A stretch of 64,000 bases of DNA from an uncultured Acidobacteriota bacterium (GCA_963847655.1 CAWKAS010000005.1:364319-428318); one strand, 5' to 3'; positions 49,712 to 60,066 are shown, numbered from the stretch's first letter. Made by a program: numbers and translations. The notes: a model not told the origin generated them from the sequence alone.

Positions 49712-51195
49712 GTGGCCTCCGCCGTCGTCCGCTCGGGGGGCCGAGTGCTCGGCCGCGCCTGCAGGGGCAGGCGCACGAGGAAGCGGGTCCCGCGCCCCGG
49801 CTCCGACTCGACCTCGATGCTGCCCCCGTGCCTGTCGACGATCTTGTTGGCGATGAAGAGCCCGAGCCCCGTTCCCTTGATGCCCTTGGAGGAGAAGAAG
49901 AGCGAGAAGATCTTCTCCCGGGTCTCCCGGTCCATCCCGATCCCGTTGTCCTCGATCTCGAAGACCATCCAGGGCGGGGTCCGCCACGCGCCGAGAATGA
50001 CCCGGTGCCCGTCCTTCTGCCGATCGCCCCGGCAGGCCTCGAGCGAGTTCTCCAGGATGTTCACCAGCATCGAGCGGATGGCCTTGTAGTCGCCCTGGAG
50101 CGCGCCCGCGTCGCCACGGATCTCCACCTCGAGCACCGTGCCCTGGTCGTTCGCCTTCTTCTCGATCACCTCCCGGAGCTCGGAGACGAGCTGCTCGACG
50201 CTCACCTCGCTCAGCATCAGCTCCCGGTCCTTCGCATAGTAGAGGATGTCCAGGACCATGCTCCGGATCGCGGTCACGTTCCGCTGGACCATGTCCCAGC
50301 CTTTCTTGACACGCTCGGGACGCTCCTTTTCCAGGCCGGTGTTGACCAGGTAGATCCCCCCGTCCAGCCCGCTCAGCAGCCCCTTGATCCCGTGGGAGAT
50401 GGAGCCCACCAGGAGCCCGATCGAGGCGAGCTGGGGCTGGAGCCGGCGCAGCTCGGTGATGTCGACGGACATCTCGATGGCACCCTCGACGTGGCCTTCG
50501 CCGTCGTGGACCGGAGCGGTCGTGCAGAGGACGTTGATCCTCTCCCCCTCGGCCGAGAAGACGACCTCCTCGTGATGACGCACCTCGCCGTCGGTGAGGG
50601 TCCGCAGGGTCGGGCACACGAGGCACTGCTCCTCCCGGTGCTTGTAGACCCGGTAGCAGTGGTTCCCCACCGCGGGCCCGAAGGTCTCGCGAAACTTGCG
50701 GTTGGCGTGACGCACCACCAGGTCGGGACCCTGGACGGTGACGTAGCAGGGCACCTCCTCGAAGAGCTGGGCCAGACGGTCCTGGCTCTGCTGGAGCATC
50801 CTCTCGAGACGCTTCATCTCGGTGAGGTCGGTGTGCATCTCCATGACCGCCACCACCTTGCCGGCCTCGTCGCGGACGGGGGTGGTGTTGACCATGACCG
50901 GGACCTTCCGGCCCCGCCGGTTGATGAGGGTCTGCTCGCTGCTGTGGCTCTCTCCGTCGGCGAAGGTCGCCTCCACCGGGCAGTCCGGGCAGACGCCCTC
51001 GAGACCCTTGTAGACCTCGTAGCAGGGCTCGCCCAGCCGGCCTCCGAAGTCCTCGCGAAACCGGCGATTCCCGTCGACGATCCGGAACTTCCGGTCGTGG
51101 ATCGACAGGTAGCACGGCATGTCCTCGAAGTACTGCCGGTACGGCTCTTCCGGGCCCGCAGCGGCCATTCGCGGCGCGGCGCTGTCAGCCGGCAT
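49708..51195 (-). CDS. cytoplasmic histidine kinase with two Cys-rich PAS domains
   Basis: Two C-X10-C-X2-CP motifs, SHGIKG H-box, ENSLEA, DNGIG, GTGLGL. Confidence 0.9.
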   Translation of the reverse strand: MPADSAAPRMAAAGPEEPYRQYFEDMPCYLSIHDRKFRIVDGNRRFREDFGGRLGEPCYEVYKGLEGVCPDCPVEATFADGESHSSEQTLINRRGRKVPVMVNTTPVRDEAGKVVAVMEMHTDLTEMKRLERMLQQSQDRLAQLFEEVPCYVTVQGPDLVVRHANRKFRETFGPAVGNHCYRVYKHREEQCLVCPTLRTLTDGEVRHHEEVVFSAEGERINVLCTTAPVHDGEGHVEGAIEMSVDITELRRLQPQLASIGLLVGSISHGIKGLLSGLDGGIYLVNTGLEKERPERVKKGWDMVQRNVTAIRSMVLDILYYAKDRELMLSEVSVEQLVSELREVIEKKANDQGTVLEVEIRGDAGALQGDYKAIRSMLVNILENSLEACRGDRQKDGHRVILGAWRTPPWMVFEIEDNGIGMDRETREKIFSLFFSSKGIKGTGLGLFIANKIVDRHGGSIEVESEPGRGTRFLVRLPLQARPSTRPPERTTAEAT

Positions 51196-51238
51196 CGCTC
51201 GTCGCTCCCGTGGCCTCCCTCACGGCGCAGCCTTGCGC

Positions 51239-53044
51239 CTACGCCTTCCTCTCTCGCAGGTCGAGGATGCGCTTCAGGTTGGAGACCAGCTCCTCCTCGT
51301 CCACCGGCTTGTCCATGTAGCCCTCGGGCGGCGGGACCGCCCGGTCGTAGATGACCTTGCGGAACTCCGGGTGTCCGGTCACCACACACACCGGGATCTC
51401 CTTCACCTCCGGGTGCCTCCGCATCTCGGCGAAGGTCTCGACCCCGTCCTTGCCCGGCATCGAGAGGTCGAGGGTCACGAGGTCCGGCTTCTCCTTCACC
51501 ATGAGGGCGATGGCCTCGTCCCCGTCCGTGGCCTCCAGGGTCTCGGCCCCCGCGTCCTCGAGTACGGTGGTGAGGAAGACTCGGACGTCCTCCTCGTCGT
51601 CGACGACGAGGATCCGCCGACCGCCGAGGGCCGCCAGTGGCTCCGGCTTCGGCTCGCCCGCCTCGACCGGCGGCGGGGCTGGGGCCGGGCCCTCCTTCGG
51701 TGCCACCACCTCCGGCTTCTCGAGCTCGTCCAGGACCAGGGCCTTCGCCACCAGGTCCACGAGCTGCTTGACCTCGCAGTCGAGCTTGTAGTGCTTGATG
51801 AGGTCCCCGAGCCCGTCCACGCAGTTGTGGCAGGAGGTGACCACGATCTTCGCCCCGGTGGCCCGGATCTGGTCGGCCTTGACCTTCGCCGAGGCGAGCC
51901 GCCGCGGCGTGTACTCCGACATGGACATGGCCCCGCCCCCGCCGGTGCAGCAGTAGTTCTCGGCGCGGTTCGGGTACATCTCCTGGAAGTCGGTAACCAC
52001 CAGCTCGAGCAGCTCCCGGGGCTCCTCGTAGAAGCCGCAGCTGCGGGCGTTGTTGCACGAGTCGTGGAACGTGACCCGGTCGGTGTTGCGCGTCTTGTCG
52101 ACCTTGATCCGCCCCTCCTCGATGTAGCGGAGCATGGTCATGACCGAGCTCTCCATGGTGAAGCCCACGTCGACCCCGGCCCAGTTGGGGGCCTCGCAGC
52201 GGGTCGAGCGATAGCCATGTCCGCACTCGGAGATGACCAGGCGTTCCGAGCCGAGCTCGGCGCACTTCTCGTAGACGCGCTTGCCGCAGACACCGCCGAG
52301 CTGATCGTCACCGGAGAAGAGGCCGAAGTTCGTCTGGTCCCACCCCTCGCTCGGCATCGTCCAGTCCTCGCCGGCGGCGTAGAAGATGAGGGCGGCGGCC
52401 TTGATCGTCCGCGGGTCATACTTGGCCTCCCGCGGGTTGATCGCATACATCACCTTCGCGCCCTTCTTGTCCACCGGGATCTTTGCGCGATCGTGACCGA
52501 GCTGCTCCTCGAGCTCCTCGGACATCCACTCGAGGGTGTCCAGGTAGTCCTCCTTGAGGACCCCCATCTGGTTCCCGATCTCCCACTGGTCCTTGCTGAC
52601 CACGCGCACGCCCTCGGGCATCACCCCCACGCGGGACAGCAGCCCCCGCATGATGCGGTTGAGGGTCGCGGTGTCCACCCCCATGGGGCAGTTGTAGGTG
52701 CAGCGGCGGCAGTTGGTGCAGGTCCCGAAGGCGATGTCCTTCAGCTCTTCGAGGTCCTCGTCGGTCAGCGGCGTGCCCGCCTTGACCCACGTCGGGAAGA
52801 CCCGACCCGTCCAGTCGTGGTGCTGCTTGAAGATCTTGCGCAGCTGGTCCGCCTTGTACGACGGCGTCATCCTCGGGTCGTCGGGGAAGGCCAGGGCGTA
52901 GTGGCACGCCTCGTGGCACATGCCGCAGTGCACGCAGCCGACCAGCGACCCGACCACCTGCCGGGTCAGCTTCTTGGGGAGCTGCTCGAGGATCTTCTCG
53001 ACCTTGTGGGATGGCGCGGGCGTGCTCAAGTCGGCCTCCTTCAC
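51239..53044 (-). CDS. HmcF/TmcB/DsrK-like Fe-S CCG oxidoreductase fused to a C-terminal receiver domain
   Basis: CVHCGMCHEAC, CTNCRRC, ECGH, FHDSCN, CCTGGG, SCHNC; Pro-rich linker; VVDDEE..LDLSMP..TG..KP. Confidence 0.88.
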   Translation of the reverse strand: MKEADLSTPAPSHKVEKILEQLPKKLTRQVVGSLVGCVHCGMCHEACHYALAFPDDPRMTPSYKADQLRKIFKQHHDWTGRVFPTWVKAGTPLTDEDLEELKDIAFGTCTNCRRCTYNCPMGVDTATLNRIMRGLLSRVGVMPEGVRVVSKDQWEIGNQMGVLKEDYLDTLEWMSEELEEQLGHDRAKIPVDKKGAKVMYAINPREAKYDPRTIKAAALIFYAAGEDWTMPSEGWDQTNFGLFSGDDQLGGVCGKRVYEKCAELGSERLVISECGHGYRSTRCEAPNWAGVDVGFTMESSVMTMLRYIEEGRIKVDKTRNTDRVTFHDSCNNARSCGFYEEPRELLELVVTDFQEMYPNRAENYCCTGGGGAMSMSEYTPRRLASAKVKADQIRATGAKIVVTSCHNCVDGLGDLIKHYKLDCEVKQLVDLVAKALVLDELEKPEVVAPKEGPAPAPPPVEAGEPKPEPLAALGGRRILVVDDEEDVRVFLTTVLEDAGAETLEATDGDEAIALMVKEKPDLVTLDLSMPGKDGVETFAEMRRHPEVKEIPVCVVTGHPEFRKVIYDRAVPPPEGYMDKPVDEEELVSNLKRILDLRERKA

Positions 53045-53727
53045 CCACGGACGTAGGGCATGCTGCCCCGGTGGCCCAGGCTTCGGCCCAGCCAGTAGCG
53101 GGTGAACGGGTAGTACAGGTAGTGGGAGATCTTCGAGAACGGCACGTAGATCAGGAAGAAGCTCGTGGCGAGGAGGAACGCCACGAGGAAGAGCTCGCTC
53201 TGGAGCCAGCCCCGGAAGTAGGCCTGGGCGAGCGTCCCGGACCCGAACCAGCCGGTGAGCATGATCACCGAGAAGTAGTCGTCGGGGGAGCTGATGAGAC
53301 GGAGGTGCGGAAGGGTGAAGCGCCGCACGATCCGGTATAGGCCGATCAGGAAGGCGACCCCCAGAATCCCCATCACCGTCGTCCCCACCGCCGGGATCTC
53401 CACCGCCGGCCGGTAGAGCGAGCTCACGAAGGCGAGCCCGATGCCGGCGGCCACGCCGAGGTGGAAGAGGATGAAGGTCGCGTAGAAGGGCAGGCCCTTC
53501 CGGGTGCTCTCCATGGCCCAGGGCATGAGGACGTTGCCCAGCGAGTAGAAGCCTCCCCTGGTGGCGTTCGTCTTGTCGGGCCGTCCGGGCGGCTGGCGCT
53601 CACGGGCGTTGCGGAACTGGTGCAGCCAGACGAGGCGCACGGTATAGACGAGGACCATGATGGCGAGAGCGATCCAGTGGATCGTCTCCGCGGTGGCCAG
53701 GAGCGTGCTGGGCTCATGGTGCTCCAT
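53041..53727 (-). CDS. HmcE/TmcC/NarI-like membrane protein
   Basis: PWAMES, FHLG, ISSPDDYF, YVPFSKISHY; GTGA coupling to the Fe-S gene. Confidence 0.8.
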   Translation of the reverse strand: MEHHEPSTLLATAETIHWIALAIMVLVYTVRLVWLHQFRNARERQPPGRPDKTNATRGGFYSLGNVLMPWAMESTRKGLPFYATFILFHLGVAAGIGLAFVSSLYRPAVEIPAVGTTVMGILGVAFLIGLYRIVRRFTLPHLRLISSPDDYFSVIMLTGWFGSGTLAQAYFRGWLQSELFLVAFLLATSFFLIYVPFSKISHYLYYPFTRYWLGRSLGHRGSMPYVRG

Positions 53728-53728
53728 T

Positions 53729-54280
53729 TCAGGCTCCTTCCTGGATCCGGGCCTCGAAGGCCCCGCGCTCGCGGGAGTCCGGGATCACGAACAACACCGC
53801 CCGGAGCCCGGTCTCGCCGGCGAGGTGCTCGACGACGGCGTCGACCAGCACCCGCGCGCAGAGGTCCACCGGCACCTGGTAAAGGCCCGTGCCCATCGGG
53901 GGAAACGCCAGGGTCTCGACCCCGTTCTCGTCGGCCAGCCGAAGGGCCGCCTGCGCGGCCCGGCGGAGCTTGCCCTCCTCGTCCGGCTCGCAGAACTTGG
54001 GACCGTTGGCGTGGATGATGTGCTTCGCCTTGAGGAGCCCCGCTGTGGTGATGACCGCCTCGCCCACGGGACACGTTCCGATGGCGTCGAGGGCCTCCTG
54101 GATCTTGACGCCCCCTCGCTGCTGGATGGCGCTCCCGTGACCCGAGCCCAGCTTGACGTCCTCCGTGATGTCGTAGACGAAGGCGTCGACCTCCATGGCC
54201 GTGATGTCGTCGCGCACCAGCCTGATGAACTTGTCTCCGATCTTCCGTTCCACCATGTGCTCCACCATCACCGGTGTCAT
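53729..54280 (-). CDS. macro-domain protein (divergent)
   Basis: DIT..VDAFV, GEAVITTAGLL.AKHIIHANGP, LAFPPMGTG. Confidence 0.85.
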   Translation of the reverse strand: MTPVMVEHMVERKIGDKFIRLVRDDITAMEVDAFVYDITEDVKLGSGHGSAIQQRGGVKIQEALDAIGTCPVGEAVITTAGLLKAKHIIHANGPKFCEPDEEGKLRRAAQAALRLADENGVETLAFPPMGTGLYQVPVDLCARVLVDAVVEHLAGETGLRAVLFVIPDSRERGAFEARIQEGA

Positions 54281-54843
54281 CCCGTGGGGCTCCTTTGCGC
54301 GACTCCCCTGGCGGTGGCCGGCGTCTTGCGGGCTCGACGGCGGCCGCGCCGGGGCCCGTGCGACGCGGTGCACGGATCGGGGCCGTCGGGGGTCGAGGCC
54401 AGAGCGGCGGGCGTGATGCCGCCGTGCTCGGCCAGCCAGTCCGCGTCCATCAGATCCGCCAGCGTGAGCGAGTGCAGGGTGTCTTCGATCCGCCGGTTGA
54501 GGAGACAATACAGGGCCCTGGTCTCGCAGCGGACCGCCCGCTCGCAGAGGGACGGCCTTCGCACGCAGTCGACGAGACAGACCTCCCCGATGGAGGCCTC
54601 GACCACGTCCCCGATCCGGATCCCCGCAGGCTCCGACCCGAGCATGTAGCCGCCCTTGCGGCCCGCCACGCCGCGCAGGAGACGGGCTCGGCGCAGCCCC
54701 ATGGCCAGCTGCTCCAGGTAGCCGTGGGACAGGTCGGTTCGGAGGGCCACCTGGGCCAGGGGCACGGGGTTCTTCCCGCCCCCATGGCGAGCGATGTCGA
54801 GCATCACGCGAAGGGCGTATCGAGCCCGGGTCGAGAGCTTCAT
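54277..54843 (-). CDS. Rrf2-family (IscR-like) transcriptional regulator
   Basis: MKLSTRARYALR, YLEQL, GRKGGY, CLVDC..C..C. Confidence 0.92.
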   Translation of the reverse strand: MKLSTRARYALRVMLDIARHGGGKNPVPLAQVALRTDLSHGYLEQLAMGLRRARLLRGVAGRKGGYMLGSEPAGIRIGDVVEASIGEVCLVDCVRRPSLCERAVRCETRALYCLLNRRIEDTLHSLTLADLMDADWLAEHGGITPAALASTPDGPDPCTASHGPRRGRRRARKTPATARGVAQRSPTG

Positions 54844-54860
54844 CCGTCCTCCCCGCGCTC

Positions 54861-54887
54861 AATTACCCACCATTCTGGTAGGCAATT
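54861..54887. promoter_or_regulatory. probable Rrf2 operator (AT-rich inverted repeat)
   Basis: AATTACCCACCA-TTC-TGGTAGGCAATT (10/12 arm match) 17 nt upstream of the rrf2 start. Confidence 0.6.
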
Positions 54888-55192
54888 TCCATGAGCCTCT
54901 TGCCTCAGTTGACCGGCTCTTTGTCTCACCCGGGAGAACCGGGCGGGGGCGCCTCCCAGGACGGAAGGACGCAGGTCGGGTCAGGACGACCAGGACTGGA
55001 GCTGGATGACGTTGTCTTCCGGGTAGAAGCGCGAGAGCCGCTTCCAGTCTCTCGCGACGATCCTCACGTGTCCGAAGACCGGCTCCGCCGAGCTCATGGC
55101 CGCCCTCCCGCTCGCCCCAGGTCCCTCATCCTATCCGAGGCGCCGGGGACCCGAGGCGAGCGGCGGGCGGGTGCGTCACGCCCGCCGAGCCG

Positions 55193-56143
55193 TCACTCGA
55201 GCGGGATGCGGTCCTTGTTCTCGGCCAGCCAGACGTCGAAGCTCTGCAGGGCCGGGTTGAGCTCCCTCGTCCTGTCGACGCTGCGGGGGCCACAGAAGGC
55301 GTCCTGGAAGTCGCGCTTGAACTGGAACATGTTCCCGAGGTCGTCCGCTCCCGGGAAGCCAAATCCGCGGTAGACCTCCGGCGGCACGTCGTTGTACTTG
55401 ACCTCGTCGCCGAGGGCGCGGCCCAGGGCGGCCGCCATCTCGGCACCGGTCAGGTGCTCGCCGGCGATGGCGACGGTCTTGCCGACCAGCCCGGGGCCCT
55501 TCTTGAAGATCCCGTAGGCGGCCTTGCCGATGTCGACCGCGGCGATGCCGGGCAGCTTGCCCGTGCCCATCGGCATGGTGATGGCGAGGACGCCGTCGGG
55601 TCCCTTCTTCGGACCCATCCCGAAGTGGATGAAGTTGTCCCAGTAGAACGACGTCAGGAGGAAGGTGGTCGGCACCCCGAGCTCGGTGAAGATCGCGTTG
55701 CCCTCGCCCTTGGCGTCGAAGTGCGGCACCTTGTACTTCTCCTGGAGCGTCGGCATGCGGTCGTCGGTCAGGGGAACCCACTTCCGTGTGTCCTCGAGCG
55801 TCGACCAGACGACGTGCTTGAGGCCCGTCTCCTTCGCCGCCGTCGCCATCGCCCGGATCTGAGCGAGCTCCTTCTCCGGCGAGAAGTGCTCCCAGAAGAA
55901 GGTGACGCAGTAGGCCCCGTAGGCCCCGGCAAACGCCTTCTTCAGGCTGCCGACGTCGTCGACGTCGGCCTCGACGACCTCGGCCCCGAGCTTCGCGAGG
56001 CCCAGGGCCTTGTCGGAGCTCGCCTTCCTCGTGATGGCCCGCACGGCGAAGCCGCCGTCCGGGTCGGCGAGTATGGCCCTCACCAGGCCGCTACCCTGGG
56101 CTCCGGTGGCTCCCACTACGGCAATGATCTTCTTCTCAGGCAT
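55193..56143 (-). CDS. NmrA/HSCARG-family NAD(P)-binding protein
   Basis: VVGATGAQG, VTFFWE, WSTLED, VPHFDAK. Confidence 0.92.
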   Translation of the reverse strand: MPEKKIIAVVGATGAQGSGLVRAILADPDGGFAVRAITRKASSDKALGLAKLGAEVVEADVDDVGSLKKAFAGAYGAYCVTFFWEHFSPEKELAQIRAMATAAKETGLKHVVWSTLEDTRKWVPLTDDRMPTLQEKYKVPHFDAKGEGNAIFTELGVPTTFLLTSFYWDNFIHFGMGPKKGPDGVLAITMPMGTGKLPGIAAVDIGKAAYGIFKKGPGLVGKTVAIAGEHLTGAEMAAALGRALGDEVKYNDVPPEVYRGFGFPGADDLGNMFQFKRDFQDAFCGPRSVDRTRELNPALQSFDVWLAENKDRIPLE

Positions 56144-56446
56144 CGACTCTCCTCACTTCGATTGACAGGGCCCTCAAACGACTCGGGGGCGGCACGCTCC
56201 ACTCTCCGGCTCGCGCTCACGAGCGATCCGATCGCCCTTCGGTGTCGCCACCCCTCGACCGCTGCCGTCACGGCGCAGACGGCGAAACGGCCCGGGGTGA
56301 CCGGGTCCGATGGGCTCTCGTTGACCGGAATGGAAGCTGCGTCCATCGTAACCCAGGTCGCGCTTTCGGGGAATGACGCCGGGAACGGGCCACGGTGGGG
56401 GCCGGTCCAATCCCCGGGCAGGGCGGGCGGGGCGCCTCGGCCGAGC

Positions 56447-57295
56447 TCAGGCGAAGATGTCGAGGGCGACGTCGAGGGAGGGGGCGCTGTGGGTGAGCCA
56501 GCCGAGAGAGAGGAGGTCCACCCCGGTCTCGGCGACCTCACGCACGTCGTCGGGGCGGATGCCTCCCGAGGCCTCGGTCAGCGCACGTCCGCGGGCGCGG
56601 CGGACGGCCTCGCGCAGGGTCCCGAGGTCCATGTTGTCGAGCAGGATCACGTCGACGCCGAGCCCCAGGGCCTCGTCGAGCTGCTCGAGGGTGTCCACCT
56701 CCAGCTCGACCTTGACCATGTGGCCCACGCCCTTCCGCACGCGCTCCACCGCGGGGGTGATTCCCCCGGCCACGGCCACGTGGTTGTCCTTGATCAGCAC
56801 GGCGTCGTCGAGGCCGTAGCGGTGGCTCTCTCCCCCTCCGACCAGGACGGCGTACTTCTCCAGGGCCCGGAGCCCGGGAGTGGTCTTGCGGGTGCACGCG
56901 ACCCTCGTGGGCAGCCCCTCGAGGCGCCGGACCACGTCTCGCGTCACGGTGGCGATCCCGCTCAGGTGCCCCAGGAAGTTGAGCGCCGTGCGCTCGCCGG
57001 TGAGGAGCGCGCGCGCCGTGGCGCGCACCCGGGCCAGGACCTCCGCCCCGGCCACGCGGCTCCCGTCGGGCTGCAGCACCTCTGCCGTCGTCGCCGGGTC
57101 GAGGGCACGGAAGACGGACAGGGCCACCTCGAGACCGGCCACGCAGCCCGGAGCCCGGGCGACGATGGCCGCCTCTCCGGAGCGGTCGGCGGGGACGGTG
57201 GCGTCGGTCGTGATGTCCCCGGCCCGCCCCAGGTCCTCGGCGAGAGCGCGCCGCACGACATCGTCGTACAGCAGGGGGGGCAGGGCGGGGCTCAC
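56447..57295 (-). CDS. nadC: quinolinate phosphoribosyltransferase
   Basis: [36 protein letters not shown]. Confidence 0.95.
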   Translation of the reverse strand: MSPALPPLLYDDVVRRALAEDLGRAGDITTDATVPADRSGEAAIVARAPGCVAGLEVALSVFRALDPATTAEVLQPDGSRVAGAEVLARVRATARALLTGERTALNFLGHLSGIATVTRDVVRRLEGLPTRVACTRKTTPGLRALEKYAVLVGGGESHRYGLDDAVLIKDNHVAVAGGITPAVERVRKGVGHMVKVELEVDTLEQLDEALGLGVDVILLDNMDLGTLREAVRRARGRALTEASGGIRPDDVREVAETGVDLLSLGWLTHSAPSLDVALDIFA

Positions 57296-58896
57296 GCCGT
57301 AACCACCTGACGCTCCCTCGGCGGCGACGGGATCGGCTCGATGGCCAGCTGCTCCCGGTCGCGGCTCCGGCTCAGGACGATCCGTCGCGCCCAGGCAGTC
57401 CGGGTGTCGGGGTGGTCGGCGCGGAAATGCCCCCCACGGCTCTCCGGTCGCGCCAGCGCGGCGCGCGCCACGAGGCGCGCGACGGTGCAGAGGTTGTGAG
57501 CCTCCGAGACGCCCCGGGGAAGCTCGGCGGCCAGGACGTCGATCTCGTCCAGGGCGTCCCTCAGCCCTTCACCGGTGCGCACGAGGCCGACCTTCTCCCA
57601 CATCAGCCGACGCAGGCGGACCGACTGCCCGTGTCCCACCGCGGAGTCCGCCAGCGCCGCCGACACGACCTCGGGAGGCGGGGGCGACGCGGGCCGAGGG
57701 CCCCGGGACAGCTCCTTCCCCACCGAGCGGGCCACCCGCGCACCGTAGACGAGGGCCTCGAGGAGGGAGTTGCTGGCCAGCCGGTTGGCGCCGTGCACGC
57801 CGGTGCAGGCCACCTCTCCCGCCGCCCAGAGCCCCGGGCGCGACGTGCGCCCGTCGGCGTCCACCAGGACGCCCCCCATGTGGTAGTGCGCCGCCGGGGC
57901 CACCGGGATCGGCTCGACCCGGGGGTCCAGCCCGTGGGCCCGACAGGCCTCGAAGACGGTCGGGAACCTTGCCGGGAAGGCGTCTCCCACGGCCGCGAGG
58001 GCATCCAGGAGCGGCCGGCGGCCCTGGGCCAGGGCCTTCCAGATTCCCCGGGCCACGATGTCGCGGGCCTGCAGCTCCCCCCCGGGGGCGTCGAAGATCG
58101 GACGGTCGTGCTCGTCGACGAGCCGGGCCCCCGCACCGCGCAGGGCCTCGGTCAGAAGGGGCATCGGGTCCTCGCCGACGTCGAGGGCGGTCGGGTGGAA
58201 CTGGACGTACTCCAGGTCGCCGAGCCGCGCCCCGATCCTCCAGGCCAGGGCGAGGCCGTCACCGGTGGCTTCGACCGGGTTCGTGGTGCGGGAGTAGACC
58301 TGGCCGATGCCCCCGGTGGCCAGGACGACGGCACGAGCGCGGTGGAGGACCAGGGCGCCGTCGCGATGCCGCACGAGCACACCCGCCAGCCGTCCGCCGT
58401 CGGTCACCAGCTCGAGGGCAAAGCTCTCCTCGAACACGGTCAGCCCGCTCACCCGCCCCAGGGCGGCGCCGAGGGCACGGACGATCTCGGCTCCGGTGGC
58501 GTCCCGCGCGTGGAGGATGCGCTGCCGGGAGTGGGCCGCCTCGCGGGCCAGGTCGAGCTCCCCGCTGGCGTCACGGTCGAAGCGCGCCCCCAGCTCGATG
58601 AGCGCGGCGAGCCGCTCCGGACCCTCCGCGGTCAGCCGGGCCACGGCCTCGGGATCGCCCACCGCGCCCCCGACGGCCAGGGTGTCGGCGGCGTGGAGGG
58701 CCGGGGTGTCGTCGGGGCCCACCGCCCCGGCCACCCCGCCCTGGGCCAGGGGGCTGTTCCCGGTGCGCGAGAGGGGCCCCTTGGCCAGGAGGTCCACCGA
58801 GCGGTCGGCCAGGCCGAGGGCCACGCTCAGCCCGGCGGCGCCGGCGCCGATCACCACCACGTCGGCATCGCGGATCTCGTCGGGCCGCGTGCTCAT
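57292..58896 (-). CDS. nadB: L-aspartate oxidase
   Basis: [47 protein letters not shown]. Confidence 0.95.
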   Translation of the reverse strand: MSTRPDEIRDADVVVIGAGAAGLSVALGLADRSVDLLAKGPLSRTGNSPLAQGGVAGAVGPDDTPALHAADTLAVGGAVGDPEAVARLTAEGPERLAALIELGARFDRDASGELDLAREAAHSRQRILHARDATGAEIVRALGAALGRVSGLTVFEESFALELVTDGGRLAGVLVRHRDGALVLHRARAVVLATGGIGQVYSRTTNPVEATGDGLALAWRIGARLGDLEYVQFHPTALDVGEDPMPLLTEALRGAGARLVDEHDRPIFDAPGGELQARDIVARGIWKALAQGRRPLLDALAAVGDAFPARFPTVFEACRAHGLDPRVEPIPVAPAAHYHMGGVLVDADGRTSRPGLWAAGEVACTGVHGANRLASNSLLEALVYGARVARSVGKELSRGPRPASPPPPEVVSAALADSAVGHGQSVRLRRLMWEKVGLVRTGEGLRDALDEIDVLAAELPRGVSEAHNLCTVARLVARAALARPESRGGHFRADHPDTRTAWARRIVLSRSRDREQLAIEPIPSPPRERQVVTA

Positions 58897-59927
58897 CGGC
58901 CCTCTCCCCGCCCGACCTCCAGCATCCTCTCGACCGCGGCGCGGGCCCGCTCCGCCACCTCCGCCTCCACCTCCACCCGGTGCTCCATCTGCTGGAGCGC
59001 CCGGAGGATGTTGGGCAGGGTGATCCGCTTCATGTGCGGGCAGAGGTTGCAGGGGCGGATGAACTCGGTCTCCGGGAACTCCACCGCCACGTTGTCGCTC
59101 ATGGAGCACTCGGTGATGAGGACCACACGGGGTGGCCGGTGCGCGGCGAGGTGCTGGATCAGTCCGGAGGTCGAGCCCACGAAGTCGGAGGCGGCCAGGA
59201 CGTCGGGCGGGCACTCCGGGTGGGCGAGGACGGCGATGTCCGGGTGCTGCCGGCGGTAGGCCTCGATCTCCTCCCCGGTGAAACGCTCGTGCACCTCGCA
59301 GTGCCCCTTCCAGAGGACGATCTCGGTGTCGGTCTGCGACGCCACGTAGCGCCCCAGGTACTCGTCGGGCAGGAAGACGACTCGTTCCGCCTTCAGGGAC
59401 TCGACGACCTCCACCGCGTTGGCCGACGTGCAGCACACGTCCGACTCCGCCTTCACCGCGGCCGAGGTGTTGACGTACGTCACGACCGGGGCGCCCGGGT
59501 AGCGCTCGCGGAGCAGGCGCACGTCGGCGGCGGTGATCGACTCGGCGAGGGAGCAGCCGGCCTCGAGGTCCGGGATGAGAACGGTCTTCTCCGGGCTCAG
59601 GATCTTGGCGGTCTCCGCCATGAAGTGGACGCCGGCCATCACGATCACGTCGGCGTCGGTGTCCGCGGCCATGCGTGCCAGGGCCAGAGAGTCGCCCTTG
59701 AGGTCGGCCACCCCGTGGAAGATCTCCGGTGTCTGGTAGTTGTGCGCCAGGACGACGGCGTGTCGCCTCGCCTTCCACTCGCGTATGGCGTCGACGTACG
59801 GGGCGTGGACCGGCCACTCCATCTCGGGCACGACGCGGCGCACCCGCTCGAGGACGTCCGCGGTGCGACGGGCCACCTCCGGCGTGTAGCGCGGTTCCTC
59901 TCCCGCCGGGGTCGGGGCCGTGCTCAT
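58893..59927 (-). CDS. nadA: quinolinate synthase
   Basis: LAHNYQ, GVHFMAE, AGCSLA, YVNTSA, HPEC, CPHMK; AAGGAGG RBS. Confidence 0.95.
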   Translation of the reverse strand: MSTAPTPAGEEPRYTPEVARRTADVLERVRRVVPEMEWPVHAPYVDAIREWKARRHAVVLAHNYQTPEIFHGVADLKGDSLALARMAADTDADVIVMAGVHFMAETAKILSPEKTVLIPDLEAGCSLAESITAADVRLLRERYPGAPVVTYVNTSAAVKAESDVCCTSANAVEVVESLKAERVVFLPDEYLGRYVASQTDTEIVLWKGHCEVHERFTGEEIEAYRRQHPDIAVLAHPECPPDVLAASDFVGSTSGLIQHLAAHRPPRVVLITECSMSDNVAVEFPETEFIRPCNLCPHMKRITLPNILRALQQMEHRVEVEAEVAERARAAVERMLEVGRGEGR

Positions 59928-59940
59928 CTCGGGCCTCCTT

Positions 59941-59961
59941 TTATGCTCCCCATGAGCATAA
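59941..59961. promoter_or_regulatory. NadQ operator 1
   Basis: Perfect 21-bp palindrome TTATGCTC-CCCAT-GAGCATAA next to the nadA RBS. Confidence 0.85.
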
Positions 59962-60006
59962 TAGGTGTTACAAGAAAGGGCGGCCATACCGCCCAAATCA
60001 CCCTCA

Positions 60007-60027
60007 ATATGCTACTTCGGAGCATAA
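60007..60027. promoter_or_regulatory. NadQ operator 2, overlapping a minus-strand sigma70 promoter (TTGACT-17-CATATT)
   Basis: ATATGCTA-CTTCG-GAGCATAA. Confidence 0.75.
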
Positions 60028-60066
60028 AAGTCAAGGCGGCGTCTGGCGGCGGGTGGGCGAACTACT

